Below are positions 36,528-47,167 of a stretch of DNA of 64,000 bases, one piece after another. The position numbers were made by a program, and so were the translations under genes. This DNA is from Patescibacteria group bacterium (GTDB lineage Bacteria > Patescibacteriota > Minisyncoccia > Phycocordibacterales > JBBTRF01): the NCBI GenBank assembly GCA_038065315.1, contig JBBTRF010000001.1, positions 230,413 to 294,412 of the forward strand. The letters run 5' to 3'. Numbering within the stretch: position 1 is the stretch's first letter; each line of letters begins with the position of its first letter. Below the pieces are notes generated by a model, which saw only the letters and a list, made by a program, of their open reading frames with translations, made no database searches and was not told the origin of the DNA.

Positions 36528-36893
36528 TCAGAATCGTCTTAACGCGTGTCTTTTTTCACCGATAATAGCGACCATTCCCCAATACTCAATTTCCTTCATC
36601 GGAATAGCGCCGTCAGTGGCGGATTTTTTCCCAATTGGTGACAGAACTTTTCGATACTCTTGAATAGTGCCAGACTTTTCGATAATTTCCAGACCAAGAG
36701 GAAGGAGGCTGAATTTAAACAACTGTTCTTTTTGCTCCCTAGGCATTCGGCCGGAAAACTGCAAATGAGAAAAGCCATCGGAGTTTAGTATGACCTTTGT
36801 TTTAAAATACGGACTATATATTTCCCTTCTCGCAAGATATATTTCTCTTGCCCTATGTCTTCTTTCATTAAAATAGATTGGATTGATCTCCAT
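36528..36893 (-). CDS. hypothetical protein (AT-rich)
   Basis: 121-aa ORF at ~33% GC, preceded by conserved upstream motif copy 2. Confidence 0.4.
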   Translation of the reverse strand: MEINPIYFNERRHRAREIYLARREIYSPYFKTKVILNSDGFSHLQFSGRMPREQKEQLFKFSLLPLGLEIIEKSGTIQEYRKVLSPIGKKSATDGAIPMKEIEYWGMVAIIGEKRHALRRF

Positions 36894-36909
36894 ACCGTAC
36901 AGTATAGAA

Positions 36910-36979
36910 GATGACCGATAGAGAAATTGCTAAAAAGTACTCAAGAAAGTACTAATTTTTGTTAAAGAAAATCTAAAAT
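36910..36979 (-). promoter_or_regulatory. Conserved upstream motif, copy 2 (see 13945-14020)
   Basis: GATAGAGAAATTGCTAAAAAGTACTCAAGAAAGTACTAATTT, near-identical to copy 1, immediately 5' of the 36528..36893 gene. Confidence 0.45.
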
Positions 36980-38143
36980 CTACTTCTTCTCACCACCTTC
37001 CCCCACCAACCGCAAAACCGCAAGCTCCAACGGCAACTGAGGAATCGGCGAGCTGCCCGTCTGCTCAAGTGCAGTGAGCAATTCGAGCACAACCTTTGAA
37101 TTAATTTTTGCACCCGCCGCATCCCCCGCGCACTTCTTCAAAAACGCGAACTCTGCTTCGGAAAATTGCTCCTTTGCAATCTTCTCCATCTCTGCAGACA
37201 TACGCATGAGCAAAATGAAGCGGACCTTCTGCAGCACGAGCGTCACAAACACGCGCATGTCTACGCCATGTTCCTGCATCTGTCGAATCACCGCCAGCGC
37301 TTTTTCAGCACCACCCGCCGACCCCTCGCCGAGACCGAGAATGAAATCTTGCACCAGCTTCGCACGCGGCGCGGAAGTAACACGCTCCACGTCTTCGAGC
37401 GTTACGGATTTTTCTCCCACCGCCCCCAACACTTTCTGCAGCACACCAAGCGTGTCGCGATACGAACTGTCGCCAAGCAGGGCAATGAGCTCCGCCGCTT
37501 CCGCAGCCACCTTGAACCCTTCAGCCTTCGACACGCGCAGCACACTCTCCTTGAGCAACTCCGTCCCCGGCTTCTTGAACACAAAGGTCTGACAACGCGA
37601 CACCACCGTCTGCGGGAGCTTTTCCGAATCCGTCGTCGCCAAAATAAACACAACATGCGCCGGCGGCTCCTCGAGCGTCTTCAGGAGCGCATTGAAGGCC
37701 TCCTTGGTGAGCATGTGCACCTCGTCGATAATGTACACCTTGTATGGCGACTCAAAAGGCAACGTGTTCACCGCCTCACGAAGCTCACGCACGTCGTCGA
37801 TGCCACGATTCGATGCCGCGTCGATCTCGTAGAGGTCGTTGGCCGAGGTGCCGATGGTTTGTGCGAAAATGCGCGCCACCGAGGTCTTGCCCGTGCCACG
37901 TGAGCCGGAGAAGAGGTAGGCGTGGGAGATGTTCGGGCGGGCGCCGGACGAAGCGCCGGCCTTCCCAGCCGCGCCAATCGCCCCCTCCAGCGCCTTTACC
38001 ACCTGCTCCTGCCCGAGCACGTCGGCAAAGCTCGCCGGGCGGTATTTGCGGTACAAAGCGCTGTGGGAAGCGATGCGCGTGGTCGCGATCGCAGCATTGG
38101 CCGCTTTCTGGCCATCTTTCTTCGTCTTTTCCTCGGCTTTCAT
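36980..38143 (-). CDS. dnaX: DNA polymerase III subunit gamma/tau (DnaX), short form
   Basis: Walker A GSRGTGKTS, DEVHML (Walker B) and SRC (sensor) motifs; 387 aa. Confidence 0.85.
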   Translation of the reverse strand: MKAEEKTKKDGQKAANAAIATTRIASHSALYRKYRPASFADVLGQEQVVKALEGAIGAAGKAGASSGARPNISHAYLFSGSRGTGKTSVARIFAQTIGTSANDLYEIDAASNRGIDDVRELREAVNTLPFESPYKVYIIDEVHMLTKEAFNALLKTLEEPPAHVVFILATTDSEKLPQTVVSRCQTFVFKKPGTELLKESVLRVSKAEGFKVAAEAAELIALLGDSSYRDTLGVLQKVLGAVGEKSVTLEDVERVTSAPRAKLVQDFILGLGEGSAGGAEKALAVIRQMQEHGVDMRVFVTLVLQKVRFILLMRMSAEMEKIAKEQFSEAEFAFLKKCAGDAAGAKINSKVVLELLTALEQTGSSPIPQLPLELAVLRLVGEGGEKK

Positions 38144-38317
38144 GCGGAAAGTATAGCAGAAAAAGAGGCTTGTACAGAGCCGCGGCCTGGCTATTGATTT
38201 TTAATACAATTTATGATATAATACACTCCAGCACAACTTGGCTTTTTGACAACTCAGCAATGACTATGTGCGACCGTTTCGCATGTACAAAAAGCCACAC
38301 ACCTCGGAACCAACAAA

Positions 38318-40153
38318 ATGAGAACGTTTCTCTTGTTCACAGCGGCATTCCTCGCCTGCTTCGCCCACACGCCGCTGACACAGTCCGTCTGCGGTGCAAC
38401 GCTCTCCGTGAGCACGACTGGCCCGGCGTATCAGACCTTCGTCCCGGGTTCTCCGCAAGGAACCTACCTGGCAGTGACCCTCAGCGCATCAGCGGAAGAA
38501 GACGTTCGCATGTCTGCTCTACCGCTCATGTTGACCGTCGCCAACAGTGCGATGCCGACACAGCTCAGCAACATGAGACTGTGGGATGGCACGGTGGCAC
38601 TGAACACTGGCGCAAATACGTTGAACCCTGCATCCACTGGGACCAACACCACAACCTTTGATCAGTCTCTCGTCATCCCGAAAGGAACGACGAAGACGCT
38701 GCTCCTCAAAGGTTCAGTCTCCTCCTCCGCGGCCGGCACCTTTCGCTGGAGCCTCGGTTCGGGGCTAATCGCGACAGGTATCACAAGTTCTCAGCTCGCC
38801 AGCATTTCCATCGATACGGCCGCAAACCTGTCGACGACAATGTATGGCAGTCTGGGGACTCATCCGGCGATCACCTCGTTCACCCCACAGCTTGGCGGAA
38901 TCGCCGTCATCTATCAGGTGAATGGTGTCGCCGGATTGCCCTTCGCAATCTATGCATCGAGTGATTTGGTCAACTGGACAAGGCGCGCCTCGCTCACATT
39001 CGGAGCTAGCGGACAATTTGTTCTCTGGGATTTTCCGGACGCACAGCGGCAGTTCTACAAAGCTGTCACCGAGTGGCCGAGCCGGCTCGCCATCTCCACA
39101 AGTTCCACCAGTCCCCGCTACAAAATAGCGTCGGGTGGTGCGACCAATGTGACGATGGCGGCCTATACCGTTCGCACCGAATACGAGGCGGTCAATCTGG
39201 ACAGGATCGGCCTCCGACTCACACAAGGCAGCGCAAGCGACCTTGGACAAGTGACGGTGTGGGATGGCACAAACCAGATCGGTTCGACCGTCTTTGTCGG
39301 TGGCAATGTCTACGCGGTCTGCACGTTCGCGAGCCCGCTCCTCATCCCCAAGGATGGAGAGCGGACTCTGACGATCAAGGCAGATGTCGAAAACATCCTG
39401 TTTATCGGCGGCTATGGAGTCGTCGGTCCTTCAGGACACCTCATCGCCATCGATTACGACGACTCGAATCTGCAGCGGACTGTGGGGACGGGTGTGGAAT
39501 CCGGACAAACCATCACTGCGTCTGGCACAACCGCCGTGGCCGGAGTGAGGATCTTCAAATCCCACCCGAGCTTCGCCATCGACCAGCTTCCGGGAACGGG
39601 AGTGGCTGACGAACGGCTCTTGCGCTTCAAAGTCACCGCGGACACAGCGGGTAGCGCGAGTCTCCACAAGCTCTCGTTCTTCGTCGAAGCGATTGGTGCA
39701 TCGATGTGGAACATGAACTTGTATGCCTACGAGGACTCGAGCTACTCGATCCCCGTGAGCGGAGTGGGTGCTGGCGGCAAGGTCTCCAACACCAACTTCT
39801 TCGCCGGCCTCGTGGAGGTTCGGGCACAGACGTCAACAGGTGCCGCCTCAGCCATCGTGATCCCGGCAGGCCAGACCCGCTACTTCGAGCTTCGGAGTTC
39901 GGTGCTTAACCAGTCGTCCACAACAGTGGTCTACGCCAGACTCCTCTCGGACGACTACTGGCCACAAGGTCCGACGATCGACGCCAGTTTGGACAGTGCG
40001 CTGTTCTTGGACCAATACAGCTTCCACAAGAACATCCTCTGGTCTCCAGACACGCTCGGTCCCGTTCAACCGGGCACGAGCTTCGACTGGACGAATGGAT
40101 ATGGATTGCCTGGCCTCATGCCGGCGACCATCGTCCAAGTGCGCACGCCGTAA
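38318..40153 (+). CDS. Secreted hypothetical protein with internally duplicated beta-rich domains
   Basis: Signal peptide MRTFLLFTAAFLACFAHTP; two similar segments (LWDGTVALNTGANT / VWDGTNQIGSTVFV). Ser/Thr/Gly-rich. Confidence 0.55.
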   Translation: MRTFLLFTAAFLACFAHTPLTQSVCGATLSVSTTGPAYQTFVPGSPQGTYLAVTLSASAEEDVRMSALPLMLTVANSAMPTQLSNMRLWDGTVALNTGANTLNPASTGTNTTTFDQSLVIPKGTTKTLLLKGSVSSSAAGTFRWSLGSGLIATGITSSQLASISIDTAANLSTTMYGSLGTHPAITSFTPQLGGIAVIYQVNGVAGLPFAIYASSDLVNWTRRASLTFGASGQFVLWDFPDAQRQFYKAVTEWPSRLAISTSSTSPRYKIASGGATNVTMAAYTVRTEYEAVNLDRIGLRLTQGSASDLGQVTVWDGTNQIGSTVFVGGNVYAVCTFASPLLIPKDGERTLTIKADVENILFIGGYGVVGPSGHLIAIDYDDSNLQRTVGTGVESGQTITASGTTAVAGVRIFKSHPSFAIDQLPGTGVADERLLRFKVTADTAGSASLHKLSFFVEAIGASMWNMNLYAYEDSSYSIPVSGVGAGGKVSNTNFFAGLVEVRAQTSTGAASAIVIPAGQTRYFELRSSVLNQSSTTVVYARLLSDDYWPQGPTIDASLDSALFLDQYSFHKNILWSPDTLGPVQPGTSFDWTNGYGLPGLMPATIVQVRTP

Positions 40154-40176
40154 AGAAGTATCGCACACGCAGATCA

Positions 40177-40222
40177 CCGCCGCAGACAGCAGGGCCCCGA
40201 GCTCTCTGTCTGCGGTTTTTTC
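40177..40222 (+). terminator. Intrinsic terminator of the 38318..40153 gene
   Basis: CCGCAGACAG-(loop)-CTGTCTGCGG followed by TTTTTTC. Confidence 0.65.
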
Positions 40223-40760
40223 TTGCTTACAAAATAAAAAATATGAAAAGAAAGAGACCCAGCCAGCGAATGCACTCGCCAACTGGGTCCACCAACCAAA
40301 CCGCGCGGAAACAACAATCGCGCGAACCATCACCGACAACCGACCCCATACGACCCCACCGTCCCGAGAAGACGGCCTGGCGTAGAGCGACAAGGACACA
40401 TCACCTGATGTCGGCATTACACCGAACCGGTACGGAACCGGCAGCCCTTGAGATAATTGATCACCCCTTTCTCACTGCCCCTCGAAGGCAGTTTCGTGTT
40501 CAAGGTTGAGGAAACCTGAACCGTGACCGCTCCGGCCATCTGGTGGCGTAGCGCTCCGGTCCCCGTTGCGTTTACTGGTGTGGCGATTCCACATGTGTCG
40601 CTTGGTTTTCCTTCCGTCTTGTATCTATCGATCTTTTTTGAGCCGGTCGAGCTCGATCGACTGAGTTGTTGTGACCTCTGGCCGCTTATTATTGTATACC
40701 TCCTCTCAGAAAAAGTGAAGCCGCGAATCGGCAAGGGCGGCTACCTGTCAACACTTTTTA

Positions 40761-40838
40761 GGTGGTGCGGATTTTTCATACAAAAGTATGAGAAAAGTAT
40801 GACGAATCCGCACCTACTCTTTTTCTCGTCGCCACCCC
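40761..40838. repeat. Palindromic intergenic repeat element, copy C
   Basis: GGTGGTGCGGATTTTTCATAC...GTATGACGAATCCGCACCTACT plus CTTTTTCTCGTCGCCACCCC. It starts at the nucleotide after the dus stop and is followed (minus strand) by a separate GC hairpin with a T-tract at 40700-40745. Confidence 0.75.
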
Positions 40839-42017
40839 TCACTGTCCGATACCACCCACAACATCTCTCACCTCAGCGGCAGAATTGGTCTGCATCAGCA
40901 AGGCACGCAACTCTTTCGCTCCCTCCCAACCGTGCACATACGCTTTGTAATGCTTCTTCATGATCGAGAAATTCTTCAAATCGCCAAGTAGTTTTTCGAA
41001 GAGCTCCGTATGTTCCACCATCACTCGCAAGCGCTCAGCGATCTGCTCTTTGTTATAAAAATGATCGACGCCGAGCACGCCACCGCCAAAGCCGACCGCG
41101 CCGCCAGTCGCTTGATCGACGCCCTTGCCGCCAGCGTTTGTGTCGACATGCATGGATGAGCTTTCGTCAAACAACCACGGGTTGCCAAAAATAGCACGGC
41201 CGAGCATTACGCCGTCCGCACCGCTCACTCGCGCCTTTTCGCGTGCATCAGCCAGATTACGCGCGTCGCCGTTGCCAAAAATGAGTGTGCGTGTTTCGGC
41301 TGGCAAATGCGCCTGAAGGCGATCGCGGATCTCCACGGCCTCTCGTACATGTTCCCAACGCGCCGGTACCAATGACAGCTCTTTGCGGTTGCGGGCATGG
41401 ACCGTGATCATCGCGGGTCGCTCAGCAAGAAGAGCGGGGAGCCAAGTAGCCAGCTCGTTCTTGCCATAGCCAATGCGCGTCTTCACCGACACAGCCGGCA
41501 CCGGCTTCCCGTACTTCTTTGCACCATTGGCGGCGCCACGAATCGCGGCTCGCAGCACTCGGCGCGCAACTCGCGGACTTTTGATCATCCCCGCTCCAGC
41601 TCCCTGCTTCTCGATACTCTTGTCTGGACAACCCATATTGATATCAATGCCATCAAACCCCATCTCCACCGCGAGTTCGGCTGCCTGCTCCATGTGTGCC
41701 GGATTCGAAGTGAAAAACTGCGCAATAATCGGCCGCTCACCCTCGCTATACAACAGGTCTCGCAGCAATTTGTCTCGCCCAATTTTTGGTGCACGCGCAA
41801 GTCCATCCGCTGACACAAACTCCGTCCACATCGCATCCGGCCGACTGTACTTCGCGATGATCCGTCGAAATGCCGCGTCTGTGACATCCGCCATCGGCGC
41901 CAACACAAACAATGGGCCGGATTTGGCCTGTTTCAATCGGTACCACAAATCGCCACTCTCTACTTGCGGTGAAAAAGCGCGCGTCACTACATCGGAAATA
42001 TTCAGAAAAAAATTCAT
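40839..42017 (-). CDS. dus: tRNA-dihydrouridine synthase (Dus) with a C-terminal extension
   Basis: GIDINMGCP motif with catalytic Cys, FMN-binding TIM-barrel signature; 392 aa. Confidence 0.8.
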   Translation of the reverse strand: MNFFLNISDVVTRAFSPQVESGDLWYRLKQAKSGPLFVLAPMADVTDAAFRRIIAKYSRPDAMWTEFVSADGLARAPKIGRDKLLRDLLYSEGERPIIAQFFTSNPAHMEQAAELAVEMGFDGIDINMGCPDKSIEKQGAGAGMIKSPRVARRVLRAAIRGAANGAKKYGKPVPAVSVKTRIGYGKNELATWLPALLAERPAMITVHARNRKELSLVPARWEHVREAVEIRDRLQAHLPAETRTLIFGNGDARNLADAREKARVSGADGVMLGRAIFGNPWLFDESSSMHVDTNAGGKGVDQATGGAVGFGGGVLGVDHFYNKEQIAERLRVMVEHTELFEKLLGDLKNFSIMKKHYKAYVHGWEGAKELRALLMQTNSAAEVRDVVGGIGQ

Positions 42018-42032
42018 GTAAATCTGCCCTAC

Positions 42033-44468
42033 TTACAGCTCCTCCGGGCGGATGTGCAGCACTGTACCAGGTTTTGCCTCACCTTTCAAAAGCGCCTTCG
42101 CCACGGCCTGCTCCACCTTCTCCTGGATCACGCGATTCATCGCTCGGGCGCCAAACTTCTGATCGCTGCCCTCCTTCACCAGATATGCCACCAATTCGTC
42201 CGTCACCTCGACACTCACGCCTTTTTCATCCAAACGCTTGTTCAATTTTGCCAACATCAATCGCCCCACCTTCTCCATATCAGCAACGGCCAAAGGCTGA
42301 AACAGTACCACATCATCAAAACGATTGAGCAATTCCGGCTTGAAGATCGCCCGCTCGACGATAGAGTCGATGATCTCAGGTTTTTTGGCCGCTATTGCCG
42401 CACTCACCCCGGCACGAACACCGACAGCACCGCCCGCTTCACCAATCAACTTCCAAATCACATCGCTGCCGGCATTCGAGGTGGCAATGATGATCGTGTT
42501 GCGTGCATTCACCCGCTCGCCGCTCGCATCGGTGAAAAACCCTTCGTCCAAAATCTGCAAAAATAGATCGTGTACCGCCGGATTCGTCTTCTCAAATTCA
42601 TCCAAAAGCAGCACGCCGTATTGCTGGTCGCGCAAACGTGAAGCGAGCAAACCTGTCGTACCCTCACCTGCCGAACCGATGAGGCGGCTCAGTGCATCCA
42701 CCGTTCGATACTCCGACATATCAAAACGCATGATGCGATCTTCGCTCCCGAAAAACACATCGGCCAGAGCCTTGGTCGTCTCCGTCTTCCCCACACCGGT
42801 CGGTCCAAGAAAAAGGAAGGAGCCCATCGGTCGCTTCGGATTGTTCACGCCCGACCTCGCTCGCCGCATCGCATTGCCAATCGCCTGGACACCTGCTTCC
42901 TGGCCGATAATCCGCTGATGCAAAATCGTTTCCAACTTCAAAAGCACGTCTTTTTCACCGGCACTCGCCTCACCGAGAGGAATACCGGTCTTTGCACTCA
43001 CGGTCGCCAACACATCGGCACGCTCGACAACCGTCCGCTTTTGCAGACGGACATATGGCGCAATCTCGGCAATGAGGTCATGAGCCTTGTCGATAGTTGA
43101 ACCTTGTGAAAAGTACCGTTCAGCGCTCTCCACCACCTCCTTGAGTGCTGGGAAGGTGAAGAAGACTCCGTTGCGGCGCTCGACACGCTCAATCTCCGAT
43201 TCCAAAAGCTCGACCAAAGTCCGAGCATCAATCGGAGCCAAAATGATCTTTTCAAAAAATCGCATTAGTTCACCCTTCGGCTCGAGCGTTTGGTGGAAGG
43301 AATGCACATCGCTCACCGCCACAAGCTGGACGCCGCCCGAGGACAGATACGGCGCGAGGAAAGATTGCATCTCAATGCCGAGGGCGGCAGCGTCACGCAC
43401 AAACAAGGCGAACTCATCGATCACCACGATCACATTCCCCGCCTTCACCACTTCATTGAAAATCGAGATGAGCAACGCCTCACAAGAACCCCGATCTTTC
43501 GCCGAAGCCATGATCGCGGCAGTGTCGAGCCGGATCAAACGCTTGTGTTCAAGCTCCGGATACGCCGTACCGAGATCGATCATGCGAGCCAGACCATGCA
43601 ACACATCCATGACACCATTCGCCTTGTCACCGACCAACAAAACATTTCCGGAAGATTCACGGACCAACACTTTCTCCACAGCCACCATTTCGGTGCGACG
43701 AAACGAAGAATCCGGATTCAAGCTTAGGGCCGAAGCAGCGGGAGAAGAAAGTGCGGAATGCCGGCGTGCCTCCACGATCACATCACGGCCAAAACGATCG
43801 AGATGGTACGTCTTGCCGTATGCCCAATCCTTTGCGAGACCGGGAATCCGGGCAAGATTTTCATGACTCCACCAGCGCGCCTCAGCGATACGGGCCTTCT
43901 CGCGAATCTCACACCACTCTGCGGCACCAATACAAGCACTCTTTTCTACGCCAGACTCACGCAAAAATTGTGCAAAAGCGCTATCGACATGCAGCAACTC
44001 TTCGACAAATTGTGCAAATGTTCGTACTTCTGAAAGATCTAGCTCCAACGGCTGGGCCGAATGCGTCATCTGCGTCAAAAATGCTTGTGCCGACAAGCGA
44101 CTGATGCCGCAGCGGTTCAGTGTCCAGCGGCCAAATGGCGACAAAATAAACACAGCCGTCGGGTGTAGCGTGGTACAACGATACAGCACCGACGCGAGCA
44201 TGTATGAACAATCGGCATTGCGGCTGTGCGCATATGAATTGAAGAAAAATTCAACAGCATACACTTTCAACACGATAGCGAAAGCAATGCAGAACAACCC
44301 GAGCGCAATATTGCCGCCCTTGCCGGCCAGTACCACGACGAGCAGCGAAACAAACACCGTCGCACACACCTGGCGAATTGTCCGGCGTCTGGCTGAGCCG
44401 ATCAGCGTATCCAGAGCAAGCGCTGGCTGAAATGGTTGAATCTTTTTTTGGATGAGTGAAGTGTCCAT
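42033..44468 (-). CDS. Membrane-anchored ClpA/ClpB-family AAA+ ATPase with a degenerate first nucleotide-binding domain
   Basis: D2: LGPTGVGKTETTKALA, LLLDEFEK, sensor-2 region. The D1 position reads VLLVGDKANGVM (Walker A lacks GKT). The N-terminal ~150 aa contain 2-3 TM helices. Start refined to MDTSLIQKK (ATG at 44468). Confidence 0.7.
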   Translation of the reverse strand: MDTSLIQKKIQPFQPALALDTLIGSARRRTIRQVCATVFVSLLVVVLAGKGGNIALGLFCIAFAIVLKVYAVEFFFNSYAHSRNADCSYMLASVLYRCTTLHPTAVFILSPFGRWTLNRCGISRLSAQAFLTQMTHSAQPLELDLSEVRTFAQFVEELLHVDSAFAQFLRESGVEKSACIGAAEWCEIREKARIAEARWWSHENLARIPGLAKDWAYGKTYHLDRFGRDVIVEARRHSALSSPAASALSLNPDSSFRRTEMVAVEKVLVRESSGNVLLVGDKANGVMDVLHGLARMIDLGTAYPELEHKRLIRLDTAAIMASAKDRGSCEALLISIFNEVVKAGNVIVVIDEFALFVRDAAALGIEMQSFLAPYLSSGGVQLVAVSDVHSFHQTLEPKGELMRFFEKIILAPIDARTLVELLESEIERVERRNGVFFTFPALKEVVESAERYFSQGSTIDKAHDLIAEIAPYVRLQKRTVVERADVLATVSAKTGIPLGEASAGEKDVLLKLETILHQRIIGQEAGVQAIGNAMRRARSGVNNPKRPMGSFLFLGPTGVGKTETTKALADVFFGSEDRIMRFDMSEYRTVDALSRLIGSAGEGTTGLLASRLRDQQYGVLLLDEFEKTNPAVHDLFLQILDEGFFTDASGERVNARNTIIIATSNAGSDVIWKLIGEAGGAVGVRAGVSAAIAAKKPEIIDSIVERAIFKPELLNRFDDVVLFQPLAVADMEKVGRLMLAKLNKRLDEKGVSVEVTDELVAYLVKEGSDQKFGARAMNRVIQEKVEQAVAKALLKGEAKPGTVLHIRPEEL

Positions 44469-44484
44469 GTTGGTTGTCTCCCGG

Positions 44485-44877
44485 TTATTGTATTGCCAAT
44501 TGAACACCTCGCACGAAGAGCGCGAGAATAATGAACGGCAGCAAACACCACATCGCCACAAACAGAGCCACGACCAACGTGGTGAGGACACAGACCGCCA
44601 AGGCAAACATGAGGATCATGGCGCGCAATGTCACACCAATCAACCGCATCAACGTATTGATCACCGTCGCCTGCAGCCATTGCTCGAGCTTGAATTTCTC
44701 TCCCTTCTCCTCGCCGAGGCGCTTCCACGGCTCAAAAAACGACCTCAGCAAGATCCCGACCGAGAAGAAATGATATTCGAACCAATATGCCCGCCCAATA
44801 ATGCGGAACATTTCGGCAAAAGCCCGCGAGTAATGCCACTGCAAATACTGCCACGAGAGAATCAATGCTTTCACCAT
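44485..44877 (-). CDS. hypothetical membrane protein
   Basis: 130 aa with a C-terminal pair of TM helices; 17 nt upstream of the Clp-like gene. Confidence 0.35.
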   Translation of the reverse strand: MVKALILSWQYLQWHYSRAFAEMFRIIGRAYWFEYHFFSVGILLRSFFEPWKRLGEEKGEKFKLEQWLQATVINTLMRLIGVTLRAMILMFALAVCVLTTLVVALFVAMWCLLPFIILALFVRGVQLAIQ

Positions 44878-44892
44878 ACTAGTATACCGCAG

Positions 44893-45768
44893 CTACTGTT
44901 TTTTGTAATACACCTTATTCCCATAGCGGAGATCCAGATATTCCACTCGTGCAGAAGTCAGGTTTTCCGAATCCACCACCCGCCGAAAAGCCTCAATAGA
45001 CCGCTGGATATCCTGATCCAAAGTGAAGAAAATTCGCGTACCACCAGCCGTCACCACTTCGAATTCGTTGTTCTCTTTCGCAATCAAGGCCATCGGCTTG
45101 AATGAGGCTCCAAAAAAGTCTACGCCACCGATCGCAGAGACGAAAGATAAAGCGCTACCAAAAGCATCCGGTGTCGATGAAGCCAAAAAATGCGCTCCCA
45201 GTGGCGATGTGCCGGGAGCGAGACCACCATAGAGCTTCACATACGGTGTGCCGGAAAATGAAGCTGCTTCAGCGTATAGATACCCCTTCTCGTCGGAGTA
45301 CTGACACTGCTCATTGCCAGAGCCGGCTTGGACCACAGCAGGGGCGAGCACACCGCACCAGACATACACCGGAGTACGTTCGCCAATACGCATGGTCAGT
45401 GTCGCTTCCCCACGCCACTGACCATCCAACCCCGCACTCACGACCTCAACACGGAACCATTGTTGTTTGATCGCCGACAAGATCGCACGCTTTGGGTACA
45501 GCAGTACGTTACTCTTCGGAAATACCCAAAGATAATTGCCGTCGGTAAGTTCTGCGATCTTCGCTTGAACATCACTTGTGGCTGTCACCGAATTCCCTTC
45601 CACCTGCACTGATTGGATCTGAAAAATACTCAACCGAGCAATGAGAATGACGCTCGCCAAAATGATGAGAAGCGAAACGCTGGCGACAATGCTCTGGCGA
45701 ATAAGCTGCTCGCGCCGTCGACGCGCATACTGTGGAGACGTGAGGTTAGATGAACGCCCGATCGCCAT
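44893..45768 (-). CDS. ftsQ: Cell division protein FtsQ/DivIB-like (TM + POTRA)
   Basis: Short basic N-terminus, single TM (IVASVSLLIILASVILIARL), POTRA-like IQSVQVEGNSVTATSDVQAKIAEL... and WFRVEVV...MRIGERTPVYVW. Confidence 0.55.
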   Translation of the reverse strand: MAIGRSSNLTSPQYARRRREQLIRQSIVASVSLLIILASVILIARLSIFQIQSVQVEGNSVTATSDVQAKIAELTDGNYLWVFPKSNVLLYPKRAILSAIKQQWFRVEVVSAGLDGQWRGEATLTMRIGERTPVYVWCGVLAPAVVQAGSGNEQCQYSDEKGYLYAEAASFSGTPYVKLYGGLAPGTSPLGAHFLASSTPDAFGSALSFVSAIGGVDFFGASFKPMALIAKENNEFEVVTAGGTRIFFTLDQDIQRSIEAFRRVVDSENLTSARVEYLDLRYGNKVYYKKQ

Positions 45769-47105
45769 TAGTTGTTCCCTTTAGCTGGCGTAGCGGGAAT
45801 TGTTTTTGAGCCGGCGACGGGCGCAACAACCGGCACAATGACCGTGCGACCGCCCATGTATTTCTGAAGCACTTGCGGAATTTTTATCGATCCATCAGCC
45901 TGCTGGTTGTTTTCGAGAATCGGGATAAGAATGCGCGGACTGGCGAGCGCGGTATTGTTGAGCGAGTGCACAAAGCGCATCTTGCCCTCAGCGTCTTTGT
46001 ATCGAATGTTGAGTCGGCGGGTCTGGAAGTCGTGGAAATACGAACATGAATGTGTCTCGCACCACGCTTTTTGCGATGGCACCCACGCTTCGACATCGTA
46101 CTTCTTCACCTGGCCGAGACCGAGGTCTCCAGCGCAGTTGAGTACAACATGGTATGGAATATTGAGCGCCTGCATCATCTCTTCGACATTCGCGAGGAGT
46201 TCTTCGTGGAGGGCGACACTGGTCTCGTGGCTCGCTTCGCAGAGGATCACTTGCTCAAATTTGAAAAATTCATGGACACGCTTCACGCCCTTGGTGTCTT
46301 TGCTGTGTGCACCTGCTTCGCGTCGGAAACACGGAGAAAAAGCGAGCGTCTTTTCCGGTAGCTGCAACTTGTCGAGCACTTCGTCCATGTGATACCCCAT
46401 CGCGGCCACCTCACCGGTACCCGCGAGATATGAAGCGTCCTGAGTCTTGTACAAATCTTCCTCGCCCTGCGGGAGGTAGCCGGTACCCATGAGCAAATTT
46501 TTGTTCACAAGTGAAGGCACCATGGCAGGAGAGAACCCTTTCTTCGTGAACATTTCCAGCACAAATTGCCAAAGGGCAAAATTAAGGAGCACTGCGTCGT
46601 TCTTTAGAACATAGCCGCGGAAGCCCGCCACTTTCGTGCCACGATCGAAGTCGCAGAGGTTGAGCGCCTCCATCAGCTCGATGTGGGACTTTGGCTGAAA
46701 ATCGAATTTCGGAATCTCGCCCCACGCCTTCACCTCTTTGTTTTCTGCATCACTGGTACCGTCTGGCACCGACATGTCAGGGATATTTGGCACCTGCACC
46801 ATCAGCGCCTGCCACTCTTTCATCACCGTCTTGAGAGCCTCTTCCTCAGCCTGCATGCCGTCTTTGAGCGTCTTCATCTGTGCAATGAGGGTGGCGCGTT
46901 CGTTTGGGTCAGCCGAAGTCGCCGCCTTCACAATGCGCTCGCTGTATGCATTTTGCTCGGCACGCTTCTTTTCGAGGCCCGTCATGAGCTCGCGGCGCTT
47001 GTCATCAACATTGATCAATGCAGTGACATCGAACGGTACTGATTTCCGCTTTGCAGCAAGCTGTATAAGCTCGGTATTCTCTCTGATGAATTTAATATCA
47101 AGCAT
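45768..47105 (-). CDS. serS: Seryl-tRNA synthetase
   Basis: N-terminal coiled-coil arm (MLDIKFIREN...) and class II aaRS motifs 1-3 (FRRE, GAGLGQ-like region). Confidence 0.9.
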   Translation of the reverse strand: MLDIKFIRENTELIQLAAKRKSVPFDVTALINVDDKRRELMTGLEKKRAEQNAYSERIVKAATSADPNERATLIAQMKTLKDGMQAEEEALKTVMKEWQALMVQVPNIPDMSVPDGTSDAENKEVKAWGEIPKFDFQPKSHIELMEALNLCDFDRGTKVAGFRGYVLKNDAVLLNFALWQFVLEMFTKKGFSPAMVPSLVNKNLLMGTGYLPQGEEDLYKTQDASYLAGTGEVAAMGYHMDEVLDKLQLPEKTLAFSPCFRREAGAHSKDTKGVKRVHEFFKFEQVILCEASHETSVALHEELLANVEEMMQALNIPYHVVLNCAGDLGLGQVKKYDVEAWVPSQKAWCETHSCSYFHDFQTRRLNIRYKDAEGKMRFVHSLNNTALASPRILIPILENNQQADGSIKIPQVLQKYMGGRTVIVPVVAPVAGSKTIPATPAKGNN

Positions 47106-47167
47106 TGTTCAAGAAAAAATGAAGTTTTTACTTGTTTTTATCATATCAGAAATCGTAGAATTGCGGA

